Numbered from the whole stretch's first letter, positions 50,687 to 63,980 are shown. The stretch: 63,980 nucleotides of DNA, filler included, from Choristocarpus tenellus KU-1152 (GCA_964200185.2; 14 parts of 14 records of this genome joined end to end with filler, not necessarily neighbours in it); one strand, 5' to 3'. Numbers and translations: made by a program. The notes: generated by a model not told the origin, from the letters alone.

Positions 50687-53600
50687 AGTAGCACAGGAAG
50701 ATTCTTGTTTGAAGTTGTGGTGTGGAAACGGACTGACTCGTCAGCGTCAGCGCCTCCCAAGGTGTTTGCTGTGGCGTGGTATTATGTAGACTCCCATGTG
50801 CCCATGCATGCAGAGGGTTTTTTGTGTGGTAACATTATTTAGGCATTCTGATTTTTTTGTCTTCCCCCCCTCCCCCCCCCCCCCCTTTGAATAACATTTC
50901 TTTTGTTTCTCGGTAGTAGAAGTTTATACGATAGTGTATGGTTTTACGTTTTTGTTGGTATACGTATGTGCGTGTGTGTGTGTTTTTTAACTCCGTTGAA
51001 TCAAAACGCCTTGGACATTTAGTGAGTGTACTCTTGAAGGATATTGAGAAAGAGGTGACACATCAGTCTCGAACATTGCGACTGAATACCATGCTGAAAG
51101 GTAAGGAGAGGGATTGAAGTGAGTGAAGTGGTGTTGTGATATCTGCTTGTCTCTGTTGGTGAGGTAAAGAACTGTGTTATTTTTTGTTGTTGTTGGTAAT
51201 GGAGCAAAGTAGCAAGCACACTGTCGTTGCTCTAGCAGGGGCATTCAATAATCGTGGAAGAAGTGGGCAGGAACTCTCAGTGCGACTTGCTTAGAGTCCT
51301 CTCCCCCCCCCACCCCTCCACTCCAATCCCACTGCCCTCTCTAGTATTTGAAGTTGAGGTTCGATATATACTGTCCATCCATAATCTTGAAAGGATGAGT
51401 CAAGCTCGTTGCGATGTCAGCACTCCCATGGATGGGTTTGCTGAGCATACACAGCAAGGTCTCCCCCAACAATGTTCTAGACTGCCCTCTCTTCTCTTCC
51501 CCATCCCCACTTCAACGGAGCATGGTTGAAGTGTTCTTATACTGCAATCAACTTTTGTTTTTTGGGCGTGAAATGTGTGTTTGTTCCTGCCATGACATAC
51601 TATCGTGAAGAGTGCCGCTGTTGCTTTGTGCGGACACGAGTTACAGTGAATGGGAATGGGCTGGAAGGGATGAAAATATCTTTGTGCGTGAGGCAGAAAC
51701 CTCGATGCATTCATGCACACATGATGACAAGTTGGTGAAACCTTTTCCCTATTGTGGGAAGATTGTGGTGGTGTTTATTACTCTGTACTATGTATTTAAA
51801 AGTAGCGGTAGTGGATTTCATTGTGTGACTTGGCCGAATTTGCTATTCGGTCATGTATTGTATGAGGTTTGAAGGATTGGCACAATGGATAAACAAAGTA
51901 CCAACTAGGTAGATATAGATACTGCGTAAATCTTTCAGAAGCAAGAAAATAAAGCAATGAGGTGAGATTTCTCCCTAATATGTAGGTATGCATAGTTTCT
52001 GAAGGTGGTAGTTACAGTGCCTCTCATTCATAACACACACACACACACACACGAAAGTCTTTTTCTTATTATGGAGTATAATGTTGATTATGTCATATCA
52101 TTACCAACTTCTACGTATTGACTACAATTGTGAGCTGTAGGTTAATATATCTGGAGTTTTTCACACCTACTACGTACCATGTTCGTAATTGATTATTACG
52201 TCTTTTTGTCTGCTCATCATTAGGCAACGGGCTAAAGATAGTGCTTGTCCTCTTTTCTGGAAGAAACATCATAGGCAAGAAATAACGTGTGCAACCTATC
52301 TGTTGATCAATATAGCACTTCCTCTGAACCTAATGCTGTTGTGGCAGTAGCACAGAGGGCAGCGGCAATCAATGTAGATATCAGATAGCGCCAAAAGTAA
52401 AATAAGGAATAATTTTCTTTTTTTGGAAAAGTAAAACTGATTTTTAAGTGCGCAAATATATATATATATATTATTCTAGCACCAAAGGTGAAAGAGGATG
52501 TGCGACAAGACAGTGTCGATATTAGCGAGAAGATGCACAACCTCCTCATTCATTACAATTGTATTGTACACTCCATCATAAGGGTAGTTCAATGACCCTG
52601 TCTGGATGCAGTATTCGATTAGTGAGGGTCGGTTGATCCACAGGATGCATTGCTTTCCCGTTTGACATGGCACGGAATACTTCAGCATGCTTGGGCAGCG
52701 CTAGTGCATCAGCTATTATTGCTGTACATGTATATTATTGGTTATATGATGTGAGGGTTTTAGGGCTATTGGGGTTTAGGCTGAAGGCTGTAGTGTTTGG
52801 GAGGACCTCAAAGTGTCATCCCTACTGTTCCTTGATGAGTCCTTGCGACACTCCACATCAGCCCAGACATAGGGTGATGGGAGTGTGTAGGACTGGAGGT
52901 GGTCAGGTGGTCGATACAAGGAAGAAAATTGACAAAAATAAATCATGTTCTCTGATGATTGTGGATGGTCCAGGGAGGCAGAGAGAGAGAGAAAGAGCGA
53001 TAGTATTGCATGTTGGCAGAGCTGTATCTTCTCCTGCCCTAGGGATATACATACATATATCGAACTACTCCGTATATATCAATGACTAGAGGGGGCTTGT
53101 TGCTGAAGGCACCTTGAAGCATTGTGTGTATGTGTATGTTGTTACTAGCCTTGGCAGTCTACACACTACAAATAATGAATGATGCATCCATCCACAGCTG
53201 CTGCTGTTGCTTTTGCTTCGCTTCTCCTGGCTACATCAATCAGTCGGATCTGGGCAGCAGATTCGAACCTGCTTGTTTTGTTGAACCGCCGCACACAAGC
53301 ACGCAAATGGAATAGAATATTTTCTTAGTATTATTAATATATATTATTATTCATTATGTTCTCAATTACTTTTGAATTTTGTTTTTAAATGATTGATGTT
53401 AAACCCATTAGAAGTTAGAGTGTTCAAAACTTGCGTTGTGTGTAGTACAAAATTAAATAGTACAATTTTGATTATTACGTTTCGAATGTAACATATGTTC
53501 CAACATGAAGTAATCTAATTATTTTCCTGTTTGGAGAAGTGCATGAAAAATTTGGTGTGGAGTTCGAAACGTTCAGAATCTTGATAATCCAATCCCACAC

Positions 53601-54090
53601 CATTTCTCACTGATCCATCCTACGCATTCACTAAAAAAGTTGCGACTAATGGTATTTGCATGCAATTTATTGACATGTATGTATGATGTGAGGTTGCACC
53701 TCCTATTATTGTTAGGAGTATATATTTCAATCTTAGTGATCGCTGTATGCCTGTGCCACTCCGTACCACCTGCTGCTCTGAAGGAAATATTGTTTTTCTT
53801 CAAGGACGTTCAAGTATATTAACTTCTTGATGAAACACTTGGGGCAGAATGTGTACAACGTTCAACCTCCACGCATACACACATGTACTACACAGTATAT
53901 ATTCAAGTATACAAACATACGCCAAACGTACATACATACAGCTTCACGCGCATACGTACATACATTTTCTCGCAAGTACGTACATATATTCATCTTCTAT
54001 GCGTATAATTTAAAACCATTGGAGGGTTCCAGACCATACTTGTTTCGTTGTTTACTTTGTTTTCGAACCAACTTACCATACCACACCCCC

Positions 54091-56262
54091 TCACCTCCTT
54101 ACACGTTCGATCCAATCCCCACACTGTTCACCCCTTACAGGTAGCAGATTGGTATCACTGATAACTCGAAAGTAGTGGTCTGCTGCAATTTTGTTCATCT
54201 GTGTGTTAAGAAAGTTAAGAAAGGACTGGGAAATTTGAGCGACTGTTTGGTTTTGGAGTAATATATTTTGATTCATCACTTCTACTACTTCTTCTACATA
54301 CTGCTTCAACTATCATTACAAAGAACGAAAGGACTCAATATGACAAATCTGTTACTTTCCTTAATTACAAAAATTGCGAGGTTTCGATTTCGGATCCTCA
54401 GGGCTTTCCAAATAACACTTCCTTAGCTATTCACCTTTGATAGACCAATCAGGATTATTTGAAGAACATTCCTGTTCCTACTCCTACAAAACAGTAAGAA
54501 GTAGAACATTGATTTGATTTTGGTCAATGACACTCTAAGACCTGAGAAGTGAGAGAGTATTTCAAAAGAATACAAACAAAAACAAAAAGAAAGACTACTG
54601 TAAGTGATTCGTTCTTTGCACTTGAAATCTAGATTATATACTCTTCTCAAAAAATATATACCAGAATGGGATCTTGCTAATAGAACGGCTGAAAAAGCAT
54701 TCATTAATTACTTCATGTAAATGTATAGATACTGCTAGTACTACATACATACCCCTTTCTTGGTCAGTACTCAGGTGCACAGACCATGATCACTGTTATA
54801 ATGTAGACAAAATAGTGTATGAACGGAGTAAATGAATCTGTTTCTACTCTCCACTCCTCGATATTGCACCTCAACTTAGTATCTCTGTGAACTGACCGAT
54901 CCAAAGTAAATCAGCGGTACCCAGATTTTTGTTGATTTGAATTTGAACTCTGTTTTCCAATCTTTTGCAATTCTCCCATATTTCCATCGATGAAATTCTA
55001 AGTTTAACTTGAGAGCTTTTTTTTCGTTCTTAATTGAAACTTTTCCTAACACATAAATCAGAAAATATTCTGATCACATTTATTAAAACAGTAGAACTTT
55101 GTTCATATTTGTTAGCATCCTTGAAAAGAAACTCTGGGCACCTCTCGTTTACTTGAACTCACCGCCGCCCCCATGAACTCCCTTAAGCGGAATGGTGTCC
55201 ACTGGATAGCAAGGTTTTCTGCTTCCTTCAGAGCTTGCTGTGTGCTGAGCTTCTCCTCCTCGCAGACTGTCCAACTGTAGTGGATGGGGTTGTGCAGAAG
55301 GAGCACGGAACTATTAATACAAACATGTATTTGTTCTCTCTGCGACAGTACCCGCAAAGTATCATTTTTTGGTGTAATGTATCACTACACCCACCATATA
55401 TAGGCATAGGAGATACAATAATTTTAAAATACAAAAAAATATCGTGCAAGAGGATGTAACTATCTTCTTTTTTTAATGAAGTAAAAACAAGAACACATCA
55501 TTCGAAACCATGAGATTATAGTACCAAAAAATAAGATCAAGGTGGAGTAAGTGGAAGGATGTTCCAGGAAAATTGAGAATATGTGTGTGTCTCCTCTACT
55601 CAACATCACTTGGGAGAGTTTGCTGGGCAGTTTGGTCAATTGAAACTAGTGTATGGTCACAAGAACCACTTGCACGGGGATCAGTTCTTCTTGTAGTGAC
55701 CAATAAATTACGGATGCTTAGTGAAGAAAACTTCTGATTTCGAAGCCATAAGAAACCATGAAAATCTGATACTATCTCTTGTCAATTTATGACTGACCTC
55801 CCCCAGAAAGTGTTCAAAGTGATGCTGAATGGAGGAAGCATATAGTACTGGACTATTTGAAGGTCTATTCTGTAAGCACTGTATGGGTGGAGTTAATTTC
55901 ACAAGAGCTGCGTCCAAGTCACATGTACATACTACTATCCTATTGTCTCTATAGCGGTGCAGCACAAGATTGGGAGTGGGTAGGTGAGATGGTATCAAAG
56001 TATTTAATATCATCGTTATATTATTGTATTAGGACAGTACAAAAAGGGAGGAATATACACATTTATTATAATTGATCATAGAAAATGATGTGGAAGGGTT
56101 CTGCACTCAGGTGTGTGTACCTACAATTTCAACAACGTTTTTCTACAAGGCAGGATAGCAAGGATGACTCACTTTTATTTATTAAGGAAGTTGGTGGGCC
56201 TACAGGAGAGGCTTACCCTCCCCAATTCCCACACCTACCTTACTAAGTTGTGCCGGCTTTCT
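54091..56262 (-). CDS. 3' exons of an uncharacterised protein (about 56262-56239, 55869-55798, 55274-55163, 54309-54091)
   Basis: GT-AG phases (2, 2, 0) join into ...HNLVRIDLQIVQYYMLPPFSITLNTFWGSWTVCEEEKL...LREFMGAALKQYVEEVVEVMNQ...IERVRR*. Confidence 0.5.
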
Positions 56263-56598
56263 TGAACGGGTGAGTGTGCACTACTGCTACTACTACTACC
56301 CATGGAACTATTGAAGCAAGAAACCAATTTACATGATGATGATATGGGCAGTTTGAGGGGTACAGGTTGAATCCGTGCTGTGGAATGGTTACCTCTACCA
56401 GCAGTCAGTTTCACGCATGTCCTAACATTAACTGTGTGCGTCACTTGTTTGAGCGTCTGGCTTCACCTCGTGCCAACTCAAACTGACTCTATCTCTTAAT
56501 ACCCGATCTCCACTCGAGTAGATACATCTCCATCTCCTATGCGCGTTCTCTATATAACCTCTAGTTTGTCCAAAAAACCCGAAAATCTTTCCGTACTT

Positions 56599-56767
56599 GG
56601 CTCAAAGTATCTGGGGAGAGTGGCGGCTGTCCATTTTGGGGTCAATTTTTTCATGTCGTGATTTTTGTGTGATTTGGTTGCCTACGTCGGATGGATAATG
56701 TAAATGCACTTTTCCTGATTTTGCCCCAAATGAACACCCTGGTGAAGACCCCCCCCCCCCCAGATAC
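56599..56767. mobile_element. MITE family B, nearly complete (~180 bp)
   Basis: GGCTCAAAGTATCTGGGG...poly-C CAGATAC; both TIRs visible. Confidence 0.92.
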
Positions 56768-58709
56768 NNNNNNNNNNNNNNNNNNNNNNNNNNNNNNNNN
56801 NNNNNNNNNNNTTAATTAATTAANNNNNNNNNNNNNNNNNNNNNNNNNNNNNNNNNNNNNNNNNNNNGGGGGGGGTTTGGAGGGCGTATAGGGTCTCCAA
56901 GTGCTGCAGCAATGGTCCTCATCTACTTGAACTAGAATTAAAAATAGACGACAGCATGGGACAAGCCACAGAAGTCGGAAATTAAGGTGTTTTTAAACGA
57001 TAAGCCCGGCGATATGATTGGCACCGTGCTCTATTGCAGTATGGTGGTGAACCTGTTTCAGAAGAGTAGAATGGCACCATTGAGTCAGACCGCACCTAAT
57101 TTTCGGCGTTTGAAAAATTTTGTAACGCACGGATTCGAAAATATTGAAACTGGGGTCAAAGATGGTCCGGGTGGCTCATTGTCATGCATGTTGAGTAGTG
57201 TAACAGAATCGAGAGCCGGTTGCGGATTGTTAAAACTACATCTTAAGAAAATATGAGAAGCGTTTTTTTGAAATGCCGTGAAGGAAATAAACAATACAAA
57301 ATATTGGCAGTAAATGAGAACTAGGAAAGAAACAATAACAACAATGATTATAAAAATGGAAGGGTAACAGTTAGGACCTTGTGATTTCTCACAATCAACT
57401 ATTGGTTTGCTATGTCTAAGCTTTATTGTAGGTTCATGTCAGAGCTGTGCTCAATCACCAGAATCATTTCTATCTCTAGGGTGCGATCTATACTGAGAAA
57501 GTTATAGGCTGCTCAAAAGGACAAGATGCAGACTATATTTTGTTCTGCATTTATTAATCTTTTCAGCTTTCAGTCTCTCAGATTTCAGAAGCACGGTTCC
57601 TCACAAGCGATCCTCTCTTACAAAATCCTCTCTTACTATTAGCACTACAATTAATGGTAGGGCTAGAGTTTGGCAGCTTTTAATTTGCATTCAGTAAATA
57701 CTATATACATTACTTAGTTCACCTGTACCTAAGTATGTGTCTACCATTTTATCCAGGATTTCTTAGCTACGTCAAGAATGCCTGCTCCAAGGGTGTCTAA
57801 TAGTTACAGCAAAAGGTGTGACATCGATCAGGAATGACCAAAACCCTGAGCGCATAGAGCTGTGTTCAAAAAATGCCAATAACTCCCCATGTGAGCTGGT
57901 CTGGTAACCTTGATTCTTCTAAATTGATCTTATTCCTTCAACTGGTTCTGTACAATGAAGGGCTCTACAATTGAATAGAATTTTTTAAAAATCGGGTAAC
58001 TTTCAAAAATGTTGCACATTCAAGCCCTTTGTATCTCATTCTGCTATACAGAAGATTCTATTCTAGCCTGCATCTTTCTTAAGGCTACTATACAGCGAAC
58101 TATGTAGGCACGGGGGGGGCAACTCTTAGTGCAAAACCTTGAGGATAGTTGGAACGAATGTTAAATGCACAACCTTCCAACATACGTCCACCACATGCAA
58201 GCCAGACCAATCTAAACACACCAAAAAAACAAACAAACACTATGATACAACAGCTACAATGTCTTCGTGAAAAAGGGTTTCCCTAAGTAGGCCACATCTC
58301 CAGTGGGGCGCATTTAGCACCATGTACGTTCAGATCACGACCACAGTACAGCATCTATATCTGTGATCGGTGTCAAGAAAACCTTTTACCAACAAGTAAG
58401 CCAGCATACAAAGTACTTACTGTTGCAAAATAGAAAAGAAAAATGGGCACATACGTTGATTTTGGAAATAGTGCAGCAGTACGTACTACGCATTGTCCCA
58501 TTCTGGTACGACGTAAGGCAAAAAGCACGAAACATGCACTACTACTATATTGCAAATACGTTTAACCACTACATATCTAGATAATTCATACAGTGCTGAA
58601 GTCGTAGCTACCCCCTCAAAGTCCATATGAATTCCTTCCCGTGACAGTTGAGCACATGCACAGTCAATACAAAGTGTACTCCATGTAGAAAATAAATGGA
58701 AGAGCGTAC

Positions 58710-59579
58710 CTGATACATAAGCCCTGGCAAGAGGCCAGCCTGTATCCCCCGAATGCCTTCATCCCTGCATATTTTTACAAAAGCGTCAGCAAAATTGCGG
58801 TAAGGACGTTTGTATCCAACCTCCCCTGCTGATCCACTCTTCAGTATCAGTTCACCCTGCAGTTGCATGCGGGTCTTGACGACTTCCATCTGCGCATTTC
58901 CAGACGATCGGGAGGGGAGGGGAGGGGGACTGGGTGAAATGAATGTACCAAACACAAATGGCTGGAGAATGTGTTACGGGGACATCAACAGGCCATGCTA
59001 TTGCAGGTGGGGGGGCAGAACTATGGTACCATCGAATGACGGGGTGTGGTACACGCAATACTTGACTTTGTCAAGATCCTCAACAATGGAGCGGTAAAGG
59101 GGCTTAAAAAAGGCACCGCCTCCTTCAAATTATCAGGTGCATATTCATATGGCGTAGGTACTCGATCCACATTGCGGTGAAAGGAACTGCAGGACATCCG
59201 CAATGTACCACTGGAAGTGCTTCTAGCTGTCGCACCTTGAAAAGGACCCCTTTTGCATGTGGAGAATGGCGAAATTTTGCAGCATAGCGCTTTGCAATAG
59301 TCAGTTACCTGTGAATTGCCTCCAGTTTACTCTTGTGATCTATTTAGTTAATCTAGATTTGGGGTTTGGTGGTTGGGGTCGGGTGGTGGAATTGCAAGAC
59401 GGAGGCATGGTCGTGCTTCGCTCTTGCCTACCAGGTGTTAAAATCCACAGTCGCATAACATGGTGCCAAGATAATCGTTCCACACTTACTGGGTTAGAAA
59501 GCAAGCATGCGCAGGATGTGGCACTGCCAGCAAGAAGAAACTCAGTGCCCGGGTGCCTCGAAGGCTTGCTTGAAGACAT
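58710..59579 (-). CDS. OAC1: Mitochondrial carrier (SLC25A34/35, oxaloacetate carrier-like), first two exons 59579-59490 and 58889-58710
   Basis: MSSSKP...[31 protein letters not shown]...YRNFADAFVKICRDEGIRGIQAGLLPGLMYQ; carrier signature PxExxKxR; phase-0 introns. Subfamily assignment is by motif. Confidence 0.85.
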
Positions 59580-60109
59580 TACGCAAGGCAACGACCAGGA
59601 AACCTTTCCTCGTGATGAAGTGCAACGTTTACCTCGTCTAGACTGAGGTCCAGGAATTGCCTCCGTGACTACCTCATCAAGCTACCCGATAGCTGTTAAG
59701 AATCACCCACTAGAGGTGTACCAACAACAAAGATTGCAACCTAGACCCAAAAAAGAGACTTAATCCTAGTTCTAGTTCACGATAAATACGAAACAAAAAA
59801 AGGAGGTAAAACCTGTTGGTGTTTGTATTGAAAGTGGGGAACGACATACACCTCCAACTAAAATGTTTCAATAAATCGGCAGATCAACAACGATTACGAG
59901 GTTAAATCGGATATTTCTCATAATTTGTTGACTAGTCGCCGATTTTTTCCTCTCCTCGTTATAAATCGGTCACGATGAGAATTGGTGGAGAGATACCATG
60001 TACCCAATTACCAGAACCAGTAGATAGGACCCAACACCCAATACCCCAAATATCAAACGAACAAAAAAAGGTGGAGATGGTATCCAACAGGTACCCAGTG
60101 ACTGGTCCA

Positions 60110-60700
60110 GGAGGCATAATGTTGACACTAGACATGCTCGTTCGTACCTGCCCTAGGGCAGGGGGACAGGTCCACAAACACACACCGATGGTGAAGTGTC
60201 TAGGTAAACTCTGCAAAGGAATGGGCATCCCCTTACACTATGGAGGATGGTAGCCAATTCACAGTGGACCGGAATTTCCACATGGATGTGGTCTTCCATG
60301 CTGGGGCACTTGCGGACACCGATCAGCTCCTTGTCGGAACAAAGGCTTCCTCCTGGATGTTACGTTTGCAGTAGTGCAAGCTGCCTCCCATCTGCCCCAC
60401 TCATCCACCAGCAATGGTGCAGCTGCTGCTGCAGCTGAGGGGCGAAAACCGCACCCACTACGATTTGACCCTCGTAGTGTTAACCTCAACAACTTCGCAG
60501 TGGAAAGTTTTGGGCACGCCTCGGTAAGCAAACAGAGAGTTTTCTGGATGAGTTATCTACACACGCGGTAGGGGAGAGAGAGGTGGGAGGCTTCATCAGG
60601 AAAGGAGCTGTCAAATCCCGTTTACGACAGATGGTGTCTGCCACAACACAAGTGGCTCTATCAAGATGTGTCATGCATTTTAAGCTGGAGACAAGGAGAT
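60110..60700 (+). mobile_element. 3' relic of an RLE-type (CRE-like) non-LTR retrotransposon
   Basis: Frameshifted RTCPRAGGQVHKH (Cys/His finger), FHMDVV, DVT, GAAAAAAEGRK, FAVESFG and RLRQMVSATTQVALSR, the order expected of a restriction-like endonuclease C-terminus. Confidence 0.75.
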
Positions 60701-61220
60701 GGACAAGGAGGGGCATGTCAGAATCTTGGGATGTCAGAGGGCATAACAATATACAAAATGGAGATGGTTAACACACACAATTGAGTACTTAGCCCCAGAC
60801 GTCCAATATATCAGATACACCAACACAAGTCAGTGCTTAAGTCTATTCCAGAAGATGATAAATACGCGACTTCATGCTTCATACCTAATCAATATACGCA
60901 GTATGGGGTTTCATAATACCTTACCTTACATATATTATATTATAATTATGCCCTCTAATATTGTGCAGATGTTTTTTGGGGAAAACATTATTAGAAACCA
61001 ATTCAATATCAATTCAATATTAAAATATGAACCCCTGTAAAAGTAACAGTTGTGGTAAATGTGAAAGATCTCTCTAAAACCTATTTACCATTGGACTACC
61101 AGCTTTTACATACTTCCACACACGCTACCAGGTTTTCTCGATGGGGAAATTATGTACCTCAACATTACAAGGGGTCTTGTGATATTGGTAGGGACTTTCC
61201 CTGACATATATCTGCAAAAA

Positions 61221-61322
61221 GACCTAAAGTATCTGGGGGGGGGGGGGGGGGTCTACCACGGGGGGGCTTTCAGGGACCGAAATCAGAAAATGGCCCCAAC
61301 ATACCTTCATGTGGGATAGCAA
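61221..61322. mobile_element. MITE family B (reverse orientation), truncated by contig end
   Basis: GACCTAAAGTATCT + poly-G + GTCTAC. Confidence 0.75.
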
Positions 61323-63802
61323 NNNNNNNNNNNNNNNNNNNNNNNNNNNNNNNNNNNNNNNNNNNNTTAATTAATTAANNNNNNNNNNNNNNNNNNNNNN
61401 NNNNNNNNNNNNNNNNNNNNNNCGTTTTCGCAAAACAACCATCCTCGTAGTCCCGCTCCATCCCCAATTTTGAAAATCCTCTGTTACATGCAGGATCGAT
61501 TTTTTACATCGTACAAGGGCAACCCAATAAATAGCATCTAAAGTTGTGCAAGTTGGTCCATGTGAACGAGGTGAATTTACACATGAAGGTAGACTGCAAC
61601 CTGCAATCGATAACATGAAATTTGTGCAGACACAAAAGCATGCACAGGAGACAACACTATTGCCTGTTTCACTTCATTCAGGCTCACATTGTGAAAGCAC
61701 ACGGTTCAACAATTTAGTCGCTAGTTGCTACAATCACAGGTACTGAAATTTGATTTGACCTTATAATTATTTCGTTTGTGTTCCCCCTCGCGAAAGATAT
61801 TTTATTCATTTTGATGCATTTTTCATGGATGACATTATCCTCGCTCAAGACAATTGTGTTGTGATTCCTTGATACATCTACTTTCCACGCAACCATGCCA
61901 GGAAGGTTATAGGTTCATTCACTTGCGAAATAGTACTGGCAGACAGGCTGATGGTGCTTTGATGTATTTGATTCAAACCAGATAGATCACACAGATTTCA
62001 GTACTCTCATTTGCTGCGGGAGTGTTCACTTTATACAGTCACTCCTCTAGCATTCAAAGTTATTGCTTTTCCCACACACCTCCCCAAAATGTTCATGTTC
62101 ACACGTCAAGTATTGTAGGATTTTATACCAGGCCAGCCCATGTCCTGGCCTATTCCATTTCTGAAGGCCCTAACCCAGTAGATTCAGTGATAATTTTTTG
62201 CATTCCAGTCGAGTTTTTTGGTGTAGAGCACTTTGGCACTGTTGTGCACTTGTTTTACATTCGTGGCAATTGGTCTTGGAAAAACAAGGTGCGTAAATTA
62301 GTGTTGTATCGTTGTGTAAGGTCCTTCCTCGATGGGTGGTGAATGAAGATACAGATCTTCCTGTTGGTTTGTTTTGCTCCAAATGGATGCTCTTTTTTGG
62401 TTGTTTTCTGGCTTCGGTTATTTCAAGTAGAGATAGATGTAAGGTTTTACTGCGTCTACCTTATGGTCCAATTACATCCCAAAGAAGCCATCCTACATGT
62501 GCAAAGTTTGCGGGTAAGCTGAACCATGTGCAGCACTGCATGAACGATTCACTAGCACCTGTTCACCGGTCACACGCTATGTGCATTGCTATGATCGTTA
62601 TGAGTGCTATCTCCTCCACAGGTAGATTGTGCGTGGAGTTGAAGCTCCAGGCTTGTGGTGAGGATCGCACCCCCACTGGAGCCACGTTTGTCCATATGTA
62701 TGTGCCATCAATCAGCATCGTTTGTTTGCCCATGAACAGCCAAGGAATGCATCTGAGTGAGCGACTAGCTCTCACCAGGGGCATATGAATGAGATGTTGC
62801 TCGCATTAGAGTACATCAGTTTTGCACTAGATAAATTGCAACATACGTAAGGCCCTGAAGCTTGTCTGGATACCCCTCCAAATTGTAACACTTGTTACTA
62901 TTTATCTTTCCTTCAAAAGAATTGCTCTACAATACCACCATGGTGCAAATCTTCCTATTGGATGGAAGGGAGCCTGCATTTGTGCTTAATACTCTTATCT
63001 ATTATTCATCTTCTTGCAATAGAAACTGCTGGACATGCAGTATGGATTGATGCGAGTCACACTTCATGGCTCTTTCCAAGTGTTCCGCCCTCCTATCTGG
63101 AGATGGAAGTGCAATGTTGATATACTATGAAATGGAACATTGACATGAAGCAAAACCGTGTTTAGCAAAAATGTCACATCCATAGGCATGAGCAAAGCAT
63201 GTGGAGGTTCCCACCGCCCCACAAGTAGCAAGCACCTCAGGAGATCCACAGAGTCAAACAATTCCTTGGTGACCACACTAATCCTCTAGTCGCACGTCTC
63301 TCTGTTCTCAGACGTAACTTCTAGTAGAAACAGTAGCAGCAGCAGTAGTAGTGTGCTAATGTACAGGAACAAATGAAACGTAATAATAGAATAATAGTAA
63401 CAAATATTCCACCAGTGAGAAAAATTGATGATAGGATTCCAACAAACCACCACTAGTTACTACTTCGAAGTACAACCACTACTCTATATAGCAGTATCAC
63501 TACTGACTATACTATCATACCAATACCTCTTCTGCCATTACATACACATCTCAGGACCAAGTGTTCTTCACCCAGCCAGGCAGCAGGCGGGCTTTGTAAT
63601 AACATGTGATCCCCGCACCTTGCGTAGTTCATGTGCTTGCTCTGGTTGACAGCCAGGTCAGTGCGATGTGCTTGCTTTAGCCTAGCATGTATAAAGGGTG
63701 ACACGTGTGGAATTTGTATATTGGTGGGAGAGCATCGTTCTTTTTGCCCACCAGTGCTTGACAAGAATGTTGGCGATCTAAGTAGACATGCGCACATAAT
63801 CT

Positions 63803-63980
63803 GGCTCAAAGTATCTGGGGGGGGGGGTGGCGGCTGTCCATTTGGGGCCAATTTTTTCATGTCTTGATTTTTGAGTTAATGGGTTCTATACGCTGGAAGG
63901 ATAATGAAAGTGCACTTTTCCTGGTTTTGGTCCAAATGGACACTCTGGTGTAACCCCCCCCCCCCCCCGTCACTTTGGGG
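63803..63980. mobile_element. MITE family B, essentially complete
   Basis: GGCTCAAAGTATCT-polyG-GCTGTCCATTTGGGG...GGTCCAAATGGACAC-polyC-ACTTTGGG. Confidence 0.92.

Noticed and set aside
62300-62790. Possible highly decayed Copia RT/RNase H on the minus strand (LVAHSDA, AQST); similar hint at about 700-950
   Set aside because: Too degenerate to support without an alignment.

Overview
Eukaryotic, intron-rich, repeat-rich genomic DNA, most likely from a brown alga or close stramenopile relative. The evidence is a brown-algal-type discoidin/CBM32-like exon set, GT-AG introns and interstitial TTAGGG tracts. The window is not one locus: it is 14 short contigs joined by 13 artificial 100-bp spacers (44 N + TTAATTAATTAA + 44 N), so adjacency across gaps means nothing. 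Recognisable host genes, reconstructed by hand with splice phases checked: a complete 4-exon HSF-type transcription factor, the 5' parts of RPN3/PSMD3 and MDP1 lying head-to-head, the 5' part of an OAC1/SLC25A35-like mitochondrial carrier, internal exons of a phytyl-ester-synthase-like hydrolase, a secreted discoidin/CBM32-like protein, an intronless permuted papain-like (H...NC) protein, and several orphan multi-exon genes. Mobile DNA dominates: decayed Ty1/Copia elements, CRE-like non-LTR relics, a gag-like relic, and about 20 MITE copies from related families sharing an AAAGTA(TCT) terminal core and a GTCCATTTGGG subterminal motif. Most notable: (i) this MITE radiation with mixed 3/4-bp TSDs, (ii) a CpG-deamination signature in the repeats suggesting DNA methylation, (iii) a telomere-repeat-creating insertion inside a MITE TIR, and (iv) the intronless H/NC peptidase-like gene. 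No rRNA, tRNA gene or CRISPR array is supported.
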